From Callorhinchus milii (Eukaryota): a stretch of DNA of 64,000 nucleotides. The stretch covers positions 21,764,001 to 21,828,000 of the forward strand of contig NW_024704742.1 of the NCBI RefSeq assembly GCF_018977255.1, given 5' to 3'. This document shows positions 1-13,130 of the stretch, in pieces. Made by a program: the position numbers and the translations under genes. The stretch's first letter is position 1, and each line of letters begins with the position of its first letter. Below the pieces are notes generated by a model. It was not told where the DNA came from. It searched no databases and saw nothing but the letters and a program-made list of their open reading frames with translations.

Positions 1-279
1 TTCTTTTCCAATTCGCATCTTTCATTTGCAACAACTTAATTCTGTGTTGTTTTTGTTAGTGATCATTGTGGCTGTTGTGGGGAAAATTCCCCTTGCAAAG
101 CTGGATGCGTTTTCCTTTGAAATAGCTCACAAGACTAAATATAGGAGACACACATTAAAGGATTTCATTCACTGTAATCCTAAAACTCTTGGCAGGATCT
201 ATCTACTGTAGTTATGATTTCCACTAACATTTGGAAATGAGAAGTTCAATGCTAACCAAACATTTTCTTAGCATTTGCT

Positions 280-509
280 TTTATTGATATCATAATATCT
301 CCCCCCAAAGTAGGTTTGTGTACCAAATTTGATTCAGGCTTACCTTATTTAGATGATACAAGACATCCCAGAAGAACTCTGGGGCTATCTAAAAACAGCA
401 TAGTGGCAATGTGTGGCATTCCAATTTAAATTCTCTTTAACTTGCACAGCATTTATTCCATTAACCATGGCATTGATTGGTAATTATTATAATCAAGAGT
501 AGTTTTATT
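280..509 (-). terminator. Candidate ANAPC10 polyadenylation signals
   Basis: AATAAA on the - strand at 504-509, 452-457 and 280-285, downstream of the stop codon. Which one is used is unknown. Confidence 0.4.
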
Positions 510-744
510 TTTTTTAATAAAAACATCTGTATTTGCAGAAGGTTAACTCAATCTCCAAATTAGCGACCCCAGGTGCAATAATTCTGATCAGACATTAAAC
601 CAATACATTATAAAAGATTTTATAGGTGTAACTAAACCATTTTCAAACTACGTGATATGTACACTAAAAAAATTCAAGCCACATTGAACAGCTTGTAACG
701 TTTCAAAACAATGTACTGTCCAATGCATTCAATGTGATTTTCAG

Positions 745-975
745 TCACCTAATGCAGCGGTACATCATGAAATCTATTGTGGTACATCTGGGAAATTTGC
801 CGATTGAACTTTCTTCCACTGGAGTATAGACTTTAATTTGTCTCATGTGAGTGTCTCTTCCATTCTGATGATTGGCCAGCACAGCAATCTGTATCATAAA
901 GGTGCGGATGGGCTTCTTGTTAACATCAGCAAGAGGAATGTGAATCCAGCCACTGGGCTCAACCAGTTCTAGTTG
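745..975 (-). CDS. ANAPC10: ANAPC10 last coding exon (anaphase-promoting complex subunit 10, DOC domain)
   Basis: Translates QLELVEPSGWIHIPLADVNKKPIRTFMIQIAVLANHQNGRDTHMRQIKVYTPVEESSIGKFPRCTTIDFMMYRCIR*. Acceptor ttttaatttacag; TGA at 747-745. Confidence 0.97.
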   Translation of the reverse strand, partial: QLELVEPSGWIHIPLADVNKKPIRTFMIQIAVLANHQNGRDTHMRQIKVYTPVEESSIGKFPRCTTIDFMMYRCIR

Positions 976-2189
976 CTGTAAATTAAAAGAAAATAAACTA
1001 TCAAAAATGTGTTGTCATTTGTTCTCAACATAAACCGCAATTTACTATAATAAGCCATAATACATTATCTGTAACAGCTTCTTGAAATAAGGGGAAATTA
1101 ATCTTTCAAATTATCTTTTTGATAGTTTCCACTCTCACACCTACTACATTTTTGGCAAGGTTTTGAGTCCACCTTTCAGATGAGTTGTGAAACCAAGGGC
1201 CCAGGCATTGCTCAAAAAGAAAAGGGAGCTTCTGCTAGTGTCCTGGGCAACAATTCCCCAGATAAAGAATACAATGGATTGGTCGCTTCATGGCCGTTTG
1301 TGGGGCACCGTTGTGCGCATTGGTTGCCGCATTCACCTACAAAATACAGTCTCACTGCATTCTACAGAAATGACTGAGGCGTTTTGAGAGGTTTTGATGT
1401 GATAAGATGCCATATCAATTGCAAGTAATATTACTACCATAAGAACAGTTACAATCTCATGCGCAATAAGAACACTGGATAGCTCTCTTTGTCCCGTAGA
1501 CAATAACACACAAATGATGAGTTGGAAATGATCTTTATAAATTTATTGCACATAGATTGCGTGATATAGCTCATGCTAAATCTTAGCAACTTGTTCTTCC
1601 ACTCAGTGCCCTGAAACACAATCAGAGGCTCCCCCATCCTCATTGAGTAAACAAGCAATCTAAGTGAAGCCAAACACAATACTTTGTGAAATGATGTATG
1701 GACACCACATGTAAACAAAATTGTATTATAGATGAAAAGCACCATAAATATAATACATCTGCCTTTAATTTATATAAATTTAACAACACAGTAAAACCAG
1801 GAGTTTGTTTCCAGAGTAAATTTAGTTGTTTTATTTGAAACTAATAGTTGACAAATTCACTTTGAGGAACAAGAGACACTATTAATCAATCGATAATCAA
1901 AAAAAATGTCTTTCGAGTTAATCTGAAGATCAGTTGCTACACTGCCAGGGCTGTCCTTAGCCTGATTTGTCTTTGTCCAACTGAAAATAGATGGTGCAAC
2001 TCACTGAAGCACTAACATATGCCACAAAGTGGGAGCAGAACATAAATATCTGCAGCCATTCCCGTGTCGTGAGATACTGAAGTCAGCAATATTATCACTG
2101 CACAAAAAGAACAATCATCCTAACACTCTCCTGTATCTACCAACAAAGACCTGTGGGCTATTCTTATCTGGAGATATACATTTATATGG

Positions 2190-2690
2190 CACTTTTCACA
2201 TTTGGAGGACGTCCCAAAGAGCTGGACAATTAAAGGTTTGCACCCAAGCTGTGCGGTACGGGAGGATGGCTGAAAGCACAGTCAAGGAGGAAGGTTTTGA
2301 GGTAGAGCTCGAAGGAAGTGAGAGAAGGGGTGAGGCAAGGGATTCCCAGATGGAGTTCCAGAATGCGGCAGATGTGCTGAAAGCCTGAATGCAGATGGTG
2401 GGAAAGATGAAGCATGCCAGTACCCGCTGACCAGAGGGAGCTAGCAAGTTAGTTGGGTCTGAGAGCATGAAGAGATTTAAAGGTTAGGATAAGAATCTTG
2501 AACTTGATCCACTGGGGGATGGGGAGCCAATACAGCCGGACGAGGATGAAGGTGATATGCTCGCTGAGTCTAGAGTGGGAAAGGATACGAGCTGCAGAAT
2601 TCTGTATAGTCTACAGCTTTTGAAGGGCAGGTAATCCAGCCTGGATGTCATAAATACATGGACAAGGGTCGTGGGTGGCCAGAGGGGAGA
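2190..2690 (-). mobile_element. Older L2 3' fragment
   Basis: Degenerate match to the other L2 3' ends (ggacgtcccaaag...; gatggagttccagaat). Confidence 0.7.
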
Positions 2691-5600
2691 TAATAATAAT
2701 AATCATCCTCGCATTTAATATAGCACCTTATCACATCTTCGAGACATCACAAAGTGCTTCGCAGGATATATTGTAAAGTGAATTGACTGTATGTTTTGTG
2801 AGCAAAACACAGTTGCCAACTGCTCAGTGTCCCACAAACAGTCATGGATACAGTGACCAATTCATTATTTTTTTTTGAAAACATTTTTAAGGAATTATTA
2901 AGGTGGTGGCGGATTAAGGCAATGGTACAGAGATGGGCAAAACCTGAGAGATTTAAGACTAGAGTCGGAAAAAACACCTAGGTTCCTCACAGGCTCAGCG
3001 AGGTGGAGTATTCATCTGTTTTGAACTCCCCCCCCCCCCCCCCCCATACTTTTCTTCTGCTGATGCTCTCCTGTTACTGACTACAGTGTAAATAGACTCT
3101 CTACATTTATCCCATTAAATCTATATCATCAGATTTCCACCTTTCTCAGCTTCAACAAACAGTCAAAACTTTGAGATCTCCAGGTGACTATAACTTCTCA
3201 CCCCTGGTACTATTGTGAATCTCCATTGTACCCTCTCCATTACTGTGTCGACCCTTCTAAAATGAGGTACCTAAAACAACAATAGTCCAATTGCAGTTTA
3301 ACCAATGATCTGTACAAACTAAATATTTATGCACAAACTTAAAATGACCTTTCTTTTATATCCTAAAGATGCCATAGCTATTGTTGGAAGAAACATAGAA
3401 GAAAAAAAAAGTCACAGGGACTTTAGGATTAATAAATTCAAAATCTTAAAGAGTTAAATGTTTTAAAACTTTTTCCCAAAATTCTAGTTGTTTCCAACAA
3501 AAACAGAGTAGACTTGTATTTTTCTATTAGAAAAGAGGGGAGTGCATTGTGTGTATATAGTGTTCAAGTACAGCATACATTCACTGGGCTAACATCCCAT
3601 GAGTCTCCAACAAAAACTAAATGCATGGCACGGAATTAAAAATTGTTTAGCTTGGCTGCATGGACTTTTGACTGTTTTGAACTATAATAAATCACCATGC
3701 ACCAGGCTGACTATGGAAAATATTCCAAGCAATATTGCCATTATATCCTATTTACATATTCACCTCAATCTTTAATTCAGATTGGAGTAATTTAATATCA
3801 ACCCAAGGTGTTTGAGGAAGAAAAACTAATAGGTCTCTCGAAAGTATAAAATTTGAATGTGCATTCAGGCTTTACTATTATCTAAGATTTGGTATTTCCT
3901 CTGATTCAGGCATGAAAGCATGATGCCAAGTAAAAGTTGCATTTTATTCTTAGTTACTTAAAGAATAGTAAACATGCAGAAAACATTAGAAAAATGAAAT
4001 GCAAATTTAGATGTATGCAACTTACATAGTTTTCCAAGGTCATTTGGGAATGCTAAATTGAACTGAGCTTTCACAATGCAGACAATAGTAACATTTTCCA
4101 AGTGGTTGAACACTTACTCTAAAATTGTGGAGAGCCAACAGCAACCTATTATGCACCAGCATAACCTGCCACCCACATCGCTGAGGAAACAGCTTTCAAA
4201 CACATGCATTAGGCTCAGAACTTACTAAATCCTTTAACACCCATTCAAATTTTTACAACACTTCATTTAGTTGAAAATGCTAAAAAAAACTTAGCTTTCA
4301 GTTGTTCCTGCAATGAACCTACTGTTGATGGATCAATTGTGAACTCAGCTGCTATCTAAGATATGCAACCAAAAAATGATTTTAAAACAAAAGTGCCTAG
4401 TGCATTATATTCTTCGCCACAATTGTGAAACACATTGAGCGATAAAAACTGTTGGAGAAGTTCCCAGTGTGCATACAGTATTCATTAATCTTAAAATGTA
4501 ATATATTGTTGTGCAACATAGAATTAGAACCTTTTCTTTTCAGCATTTTTCTCCAAGATTCTGTAAGCTAAGTCCAAAACACCAAGTAGACAAAACAGTA
4601 AACCCCATGACAAATACACACTCTGATAAATGTACAGAGAAATTGGGTAAATTAATAATGCACTATATTATGAATCAATTACCATATAGCTGGCCACTTC
4701 AAAAGAAAATTGTGAGACATCCCATCTCAGAATTCTCGGAGAAACTTGCAAAAAACCATGCAACAACCTGCTGTCAGATCAGAGAGCATCAACCTCTGCA
4801 GGGAAATTGATTTCACTACATGCAATGATATGAAGTGAACATCTTAACTGCGACAGGGTCATTCCTCAGAACAAAAAGAACCTTTAATTAGTATACATTA
4901 TGGTATTCCTGAGCGGGGGGGGGGAAGGAGAGAAGATCGGTGGTGAAGATACACAGCAAGAATTGTCACACACACAATAAAGGCTGTGAAATGTTGTTGA
5001 AGATGTGGAAGTTTCTCAAGCTCAATAATGTCAGAAATATGGAGAAGCCATTTTGCATAAATTGTTAATTTGTACATCCTGAAAACTACAAAGGGATTAA
5101 GTTGTTGGGTCCAAAGAACAAAATCTTGCAAACACTCCTATAATGTTTCTGAGCTCCAAATAAACCACATACATTTAGAATCTGAATTTGACATTCAGTC
5201 AATACAAAGAATGTAATTTTTGCACAATGCAACTAATCTAAAATAAAAATAAAATTCACAAGTATTAGTTGTGAACAGATTTGTAAATACAGCAGCACAA
5301 AATTAAAATATAGTTCATTAACTTAGCTACTCTGGATGTTGTACTTCAAACAAATAAAATACACAAATGTACTTGAAATTTTACTGCTCCGTAATTAAGT
5401 TTTGAAGAAACATTGTTTAATATTGAGTAAACAAATGAAAATACAGGAATTTCAAAAGAAAATACTGTAACAAGATGTAGGTTTTGCACTGACGTTGTAA
5501 TTATAGTTGTATGGTGGTAATTTTACAGTATGTTGAGAATTACAAAGTGCTATTGAAAGCAGATGCGAGAAAAAGTTAATGTATTACAAAAATATATAGA

Positions 5601-6679
5601 AAAGCACATACACTCCCTGCTGGTAGATAAAATAAATGGGATTTACAAATGGATTTCAAGGGTTACTTCAAATATTAAATTCTTGTTTTTTTTCCCCACT
5701 TCAACACCTGTTAGAATAATTTCTGCAGAAGTCTAATCTTACTTTGCTTATTTTTAAACTTTATATATTAAGGTAAAATGTGAAATCAATTGGTTATTAA
5801 TGGCAACATCCAGCTTCATTACCATATCTATGGCAAAGCTCCCTTCTTCAAGCTCGTCCTGAACAGCTCATTTTGCAATTTTTACAGCTGCAATTGGATG
5901 CTTAAATAGAAGTTTAAGCTAATATAGAAATTGCTGAAATATATTGCTTTTGAAACATTAAATAGCATCAGGATGTGGTACCATTCTATATATAGTTATA
6001 AGATTTTACTAAAACAAGAATTTATTCATTCACCATACCAAAGCATGCTAGTTGAGTAAAAAGGGTGAGGTACCAGAGGTAATGCTCCATCTTTTTAGCA
6101 AGCATACAACTTATTTGATGCTACTATGCTATAATAAAGAATCTTTAGATTTTAGATAGCGCATTGACATTTAAGCATAGTGGTTTTATGCTTTTGTGGG
6201 TGAACAGCTAAGCCGTGCACAGAAGTCTCCTACACTCATGAAGTGAATGCCCAATTTTATGTGGAGTATTGCTGGCCAGGTCACCAGGAGAAACTCCCTT
6301 CTGTCTTCAAATAGTACCACAGGATCTTTAACTTTCACCTCAACAAGCAGACAGGAATTCAGTTTAATGGTCAAAGGACAGCAATTCTGACAATGCAACA
6401 CTTCCCCAGGCACTGCATTGAAACGTCAGCCTAGATGCTCAAAGCCCTATTGTAGGGCTTGAACCACCGATCTTCTGATTCAGAGGCAAACATGCTGCAA
6501 ACTAAGCCAGGCTGTTGGCTAATATTTGCTGCCTATCTCCTTCATAAGCCTTGTTTTGGTGGTGTGAAAAAGAGAACACCAACTTGTCCAGTTGAAGCCA
6601 CAGATATAATAGACAGACACCTTTTCTATACTATAAAACAAATATTTATCTTCATGCCTACGATGCCTAAATTCTAGAA

Positions 6680-7690
6680 ATTAAGGGGACCTATTAGAGG
6701 TATTTATTCTAAATGGGGCTGAAAAAGCAAACCAGAACAATTCTTTACAATGCACCAAGTCAGTAGAACAAGAGGTAATACGTTTAGAGTTGCAAAGGCC
6801 AATCAGGAGATACCAAGAAGTATTTCTTTAACCAGAGTAATTCATGACTACAACAGGGTGCCAGGAATGGTGGTTGAGGTCAGGATGCTGGACTCCTTTT
6901 AAAGAACAGTTTGAAGCTGTGATGGGAAGATTGCAGGGTGGGTATTCTGGAAGGATGAGATCAAATGGTCTGAAGGGCCATTCCTCATCTAAACCAATTT
7001 TATGAACTAGCATACTTAGCACAGTGCAGATTAAAGTCTAGAAATCGTCAGTGGGGAACAAGGAAGCTGAAAGAAATCTAGGGATGCTGGCTTGTCAAAC
7101 TAGTTGAGCTTAAATCTCCAAAGGTTATACTCAAGCTGTACAATGCTCTGGACGGGCCACACCTGGAGCACTGTATACAAAGGGAAACTGCCAAGGCCCT
7201 AGATGCAGTGCAGAGGAGAGCAGGAGAATGTGTTTCATCACCAGCATCACAGGAATGAGCTATGAGCAATGATTAGATGAAATAATAAGAATCCTTGCAT
7301 TTATGTAGCGCCTTAGCACGTAGCTGAGACGTCTCAAAGCACTTCACAGGATATATTGTAAAATGGATTGACTGGACTGTAGATTCCCTAAACAGAAGCA
7401 TACATGATTCTAAGAAAACAAACCCAGAACAATACTTTCAGACATGCAAAGACAGCAGAGCAAGAAGTCCCAGGTCCAGGTTTGCAAAAATAGCAATTTT
7501 AGGACAGAGATCAGAAAGTATTTATTTACTTAGAGGATAATTAGTGACTGGAATGGGTTACCAGGAAGGATATTTGCAAAAGCTGGACTCGTTCAACAGC
7601 TTAATGCTGTAATGGAAGGATGGTAGGCTGAGTGTTGTAGAGGTAAGAGATCAAATGGGCCTTCTTCATCTAAACCCCTCTGATGATTTT
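6680..7690 (+). mobile_element. Cluster of degenerate CR1-like 3' fragments (related copies at ~10270-10610 and ~14800-14930)
   Basis: Repeated ...ggaaggatgagatcaaatgg...cttcatctaaacc ends and a ggccacacctggagcactgt motif. Confidence 0.6.
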
Positions 7691-8904
7691 GGGAACCTTA
7701 GCCTCATTATTGGTAAATTTTGTCTCTTAGCAATTCATAGTTGGTTTCAAACAACTGTAGCTTCAAGGTTTCTTTCTCCGGGTATTATACAGACAATGTT
7801 TTTTTTAAAAGAAACAGTTTTTTTTAAAAAATTCGCTGAGGGAACTCAAGTGTATGATAGAGATGAGACACTACACTGAGAAAGCATTAGAGATCTGCTC
7901 AGCTAATGTCTGCCTTTTTGTATTGAACAAGAGTTTCATAACTACACTCTCAAATAGCAGGCAACCTACTAAGGTAAATTTTATGAGAGGATATTATGGC
8001 TTACATTATCCAGAGCCCAAAAGAAGACTCTTTACATATACATTTCAAGAGGTTCCTTTTACTGAAATTTCATTTTGCAAAACAAGCATCTATCACGTAA
8101 ATACTACTTTATGGAACAATGCTGAAAGAATTATATTGACACTTTTAGCGGATTATATTTATACAATGGACTGGACTACTTTATGAAGAAAGAAAAATCC
8201 TGCACATGTTAAATCTAGCTATGATCATGAGTTGCATCGGTACGGTTAGCACAAAACCAAACAGTGAGATGTTGTTTATGTAATAAAAGTGGTAAGTAAT
8301 ATTTGTAATGAAATTTTAGTACTAATTTTCACTCACATGACATTGTCTGCCATTCCTCATTGCTAAGGTGTTTAAACAGGCTTCCTGACCCTGTGAGATC
8401 TTGTATTGCTGGTTATTATAAATAATCTATTGTACGAGTAACTGGTTGCTATTAATAAAAAAAACTAATAAACTTTGAGTAAGTAATTTATAAAATGCAT
8501 AAATACAGAAAATGTAAATACATTTGGCAGATACAGCCTGCCCAGAGCAATTTACAGCTTGAACATGCCTTCTAGGGATCTAAACTCAACTTGTTGGACA
8601 ATTATAGCCAGCATCCTATTTGCCCTATTTATTGCTGCCTCACACGATTGATACCACCAACCCTAGATCTTTTAGCCACAAAATGGAAGGAAGAAAATGG
8701 CACTTTACAAGAAAGTAAATATCCCTTATATTTATCATTGGCTTTAATATTCATAAGTGTAACCAACAAAAATGATGTTTTATGTGTATACCACCTACAC
8801 AATGCCTCCTCATACCAACAATCTGATAAATGTACTTAGCCTGAGGGAGAGTAGGCTTGTCCATGTGACAAAATACCAAAGCAATGCAAAAATCTACCTA
8901 CATA

Positions 8905-10000
8905 TGGGAACATAGGAACAGAAGTAGGCCATTCAGCCCCTCAAGCCCGTTCCACAATTCTATAAGATCATGACTGATCTATACCTCAACTCCAATTACC
9001 GACCCTTCCCCATATTCCTCGATACCCTAACCTAACCCACTTCAGTCTTGACAATTTGAATTTGATCCAGCGTCCACAGCCTTTTGGGGGAAGAGAGTTC
9101 CAGATTTCCACTACACTTCAAATGAATAACTGCCTCCTGATTTCACACCTAAATGGCCTAGCTCTAATTTTAAGATTATGTCCCCTTGTTATGGACTCCC
9201 CCACCGAGGAAATACTTTCTCTGTATCGACCATATTGAATCCCTATATTAGTTTAAAAACCTAAATTAGATCTAAACTCAATGGAATACAGACCATGTTT
9301 ATGCAACCTGTCCTCTTAATGTAACTCTTTAAGCCCTGGTATCATTCTGGTAAAACTGCACTGCAACCACCTCCAGAGTCAATATATCCTTCAGCGCCTT
9401 GGGACGTCCTCCTGACGTGAAAGGCGCTTTATAAATGGAATCTTGTTGTTGTTGTTGTTCCTGAGGTGTGGTGTCCAAAACTGAACTTAGTACTCCAGAT
9501 GGGATCTGACCAAGGCTCTATACAGTTGAACCATTATTTCCTCTACTTTATATTCCATGGGCCTTAAGATAAAGGCCAACATCCCATTGGCCCTTTTGAT
9601 AACTTTTTGTACCCGTGAGCTTGCTTTTAGTGATTTGTATAGGTGCTCCTCACAGTTCTTAGTTACTCACCATTTAGAAAATTCCATCAGCCACAGTTTT
9701 GCCCCTCATTTAATCTGTCTAAGTCCCTTTGTAACTTCCTGCTCCCATCTACAGAATTTATTGTGCCTCCTAACTTTGTGTCATCTGCAAATCTTGATAC
9801 AAAACTCTATTCCTTCATCCAAGTTATTTATATACATTGATGAAAAGCTGAGGCCCCAGTACAGACCCCTGGGGAACACCATTTGTCACGTACCAGCAAT
9901 CAGAGAATGTTCCTTTATCCGTACTCTCTGTTTCCTGCTCCATAATCAATTACCAAGTCACGTCACAAGGTTTCCTCCGATTCCATGCACTTCCAGCTAT
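8905..10000 (-). mobile_element. CR1-clade LINE 3' fragment
   Basis: catatgggaacataggaacagaagtaggccattcagcccc terminus; tcatctgcaaa (reverse FADD motif) near 9781; ttggtcagatcccatctggagtac on the - strand (LVR.HLEY-type CR1 motif). Confidence 0.8.
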
Positions 10001-10549
10001 GTATGAAAGGAGGGAATTCCCACATGGCTCCCATTCTTATGCAATGGAATAGGATTTGGTCAAAAACATAAAGGGGAAGGAAAGTTTGAGGTCGGAGGAA
10101 TACTTTCTGTTCAAATTACCGAGATACTTGTGAAAATTACATACACCTTACAGCGCAAAACAGACCATTTGGCCTAACTAGTCCATATCAGTGTTTATAT
10201 TCAACATAAGCTTTCATTCATCCTAATCCCCTCTCCTAATAGCCCAACTGTCAAGGATCAAGTCTTGAGAGAAGACATCTCAGGGGGACCTAATATGTGT
10301 ATAATTATTTTTTTTAAAAATGGGATTGAAAAAATAAACCCAGATCAATGCTTAAGAATGCACCAAGACAGTAGAACAGGAAGACATAGGTTTAGAGTTG
10401 CAAGGGCAATTTCAGAACAGATCCCAGAAGTTTTTTTTAACCTAGACATAACTACAGACATAACAGTAATAACTACAACAGGTTGCCAGGAAGAGTGGAT
10501 GAGACCAATTAAGAAAACAGCTTAATGCTGTGATGGCAGGATGGCTATT

Positions 10550-11560
10550 CTGGAAGGATAAGATCAGAATGTGCAAAGGGTCTTCTTCATCCAAACCGAA
10601 CTTGTGATCTTGTGGAGTCACCATTTTATACCGGTAGAATTTGTTTAATAAAACAGATAAATAGGGAATATCTCCACTTTAAAAGACTGGGGACTGCCTC
10701 GTCACAAGTCACTCACTCTAGAAAAAAAAAAATCAGAAGTGGACATCATGCAACACTTTTCTGAAACTAAAATAAATTCTAACTTTGTGAAGTAATCCCT
10801 CCAAAACAAAAAACAATAATAAATTGGTCATTTTCAATCCACGACTGTTTGTGGGACATTGCTGTGCGCAATTGGCTGCCGCGTTTCGCCCACAAATATA
10901 CAGTCAATTCACTTTACAGTGTGTTCTGTGAAGCGCTTTGGGGGGTCCTCCCGACGTGAAAAGCGCTACATCAAATGCAAGGATTATTATTATCATTATA
11001 CGATCAATTCACTTTACAGTCTATTCTGTGAAGCACTTTGAGACGTCAAAAAGACGTGAAAAGCGTTATATCAAATGCAAGGATTATTATTAAGTGTAAG
11101 AATTTATGTTAGAACAGTGACGCCTAGTGGTCATTTAAAGTCAACACCCAAACTCAAATGGCTTATGTTACAAAATTATTGGCAAATCACCAATTAAAAA
11201 ATTAACTTCAGTATACCAAGGCGCCACCCACAAACTATGTTCGCTGATAAAACATTGGGTTGTAAAAAGGTATAGAGTTGTAAAAGGACAAAAAAAACAC
11301 ATATGTTTAAGGGAAAAGATACTTGTACACATACATTGAAAGCGACAATTCATGATACACAGGTAACACTCCCTCACTCATTGTTTTCTAGAGTGAGGAA
11401 TTTGTGACCAGGTAGTTCCCAGTCTTTTAAAGTGGAGATATTCCCCATTTATCTGTTTTATTTTAAAAAATTCTACCGGTCTAAAATGGTGACTCCACAA
11501 GATCACAAGTTTGGTTTGGATGAAGAAGATCCTTTGCACATTCTGCTCTTATCCTTCCAG
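10550..11560. repeat. Local inverted duplication, arms 10550-10725 and 11384-11560
   Basis: The arms align as reverse complements over ~175 bp with few mismatches. Confidence 0.9.
10791..11092 (+). mobile_element. 5'-truncated SINE with a tandemly repeated tail
   Basis: Core and tail end at ~10995; a second tail copy follows at 11003-11092. Other headless copies at ~2691-2870 (-), 20797-21000, 24560-24890, 39990-40170 and 63510-63620. Confidence 0.82.
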
Positions 11561-11682
11561 GATTAAGCACCAAGAGAGTCCTTTACCAACAAGGCCTAAA
11601 TAAAGTGTGAAATCATTTAAGAAATATTGCAAATTAAACCACGGTATTAATATTTGTCAATTTTTAAAGTTACCAGAAAGTT

Positions 11683-11910
11683 CAACAACAATTTGCATTT
11701 ATATAGTGCCCCTCACCCAGGGTAGCGCCCCAGTGTGCTTGACAGTAGAGGAGTATAGCGCCTAGCGGGGGAAGTGACTGTTGGCACTGTCGAAGCGGAA
11801 GATCTTCAGGCGCAACCTGAAGGAGGGGGTAAGGCAGAGAGACAGGAAGAGTGTTCGAGAATATCAAGGCGTAGCGCTGAAAGCGTGGCCGCTGATGGTG
11901 GCGTGGAGGG
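11683..11910 (-). mobile_element. Short L2 3' fragment
   Basis: caacaacaatttgcatttatatagtgcc tail plus L2 3'UTR. Similar short tails occur at ~9393-9459, ~16735-16955 and ~63275-63420. Confidence 0.65.
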
Positions 11911-13009
11911 CAGAAACCAGTGGTTTGTTGGACGTAAAGGGTTTCCATTTAAGAAAAATCCACGAAACAGTAAATCATGTTAATTTTGAAGTGAATTATA
12001 GACTAATTGACCTTTATGTACATCTTTCAAAAATGTAAACGTCTGCATTAATTAGTTGGCCATAAACTCCCAGTTAAGATATCAGCCACTGTCACAAGTT
12101 TAAATTCTGAGGCTTACATTTTTTCTTCTTGGAAATTAATAGTTGAAGTACCATTCCTTTAATATTCCATGCTTGACAAATATATAAAAAGAGTCAGTCA
12201 TTCAATAGATTCTGAAGACAGTGTGGCTAGTTTCTTGCAATAAGAGCGAAAGGAACATTATAAGACAGGGTCTTGGGACTACACCTACAGGAGCAACATT
12301 TTTGGCTTAACTTTATAATCTAAAATGCTGCATCAAAAGTTATACTTTAATTCTCACCTGGACTTTGAGTATCGAAAGGAAACTGCAAAAGAAGTGTCCT
12401 TTATTTAAAAGGGAGCAATTTCCCTAGTTAACGAGTGAACATAGGATGCTGTTGGATTCAAATACTCCTGGGTAGTTTGCAGAATGCAGCACTAGCTACC
12501 AAGAAATCGGAGAATTTCTAAAACTTAATTCTTTGAGTACATGCCAATACTTTTGTAAAGTTATTCTAAAGTGCTTTGCTTGATTCGCTTGAATCTACAA
12601 TTACTCTATGTTCTTGTGTTGTAAATTTAAACAAAATTATTTAAAACATCTCTGTGCGATAAATCTACATCTTATTCAATTAGCTAAAGCCTGTCACTAA
12701 AGTAAAACTGTCTGCTTACCGAAAGAAATGGAGGCGTTGAATGCCCATGTGCCACTATATTAAATATTAAAGAGTTGTGTTGCTGGAAATTGCCATTAAG
12801 TAAGATTGCATCACCCAAGAGAGGCACAGTTCTAGGTCATAGGAGACTCGGTCTGCTTAGGTAAGCTGTGAACATATTCATTTAATATTGTTACAGAATT
12901 ACAGTTATAGAAATCCTTTGCAATACGTCACACCATTACAAATGCTTTACAAGCACATATTTGCTGAATCTAAGTTAATATTTGCCAGAAAGATGCTATA
13001 AATTCATAC

Positions 13010-13130
13010 CCGCATTTCTTTTAGGTCATGAAAGTTGTTTCCCACTCTGACAGAGACTTTACTTGGAGTGTAGCTTTCATCAGATTTGTAGTCGGCATAT
13101 ATACACAAGGTCTTCACGGTTGTTTTTCGT
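13010..13130 (-). CDS. ANAPC10: ANAPC10 coding exon 3
   Basis: (R)RKTTVKTLCIYADYKSDESYTPSKVSVRVGNNFHDLKEMR; 121 nt, AG/GT boundaries, phases 2 and 0 fit the neighbouring exons. Confidence 0.97.
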
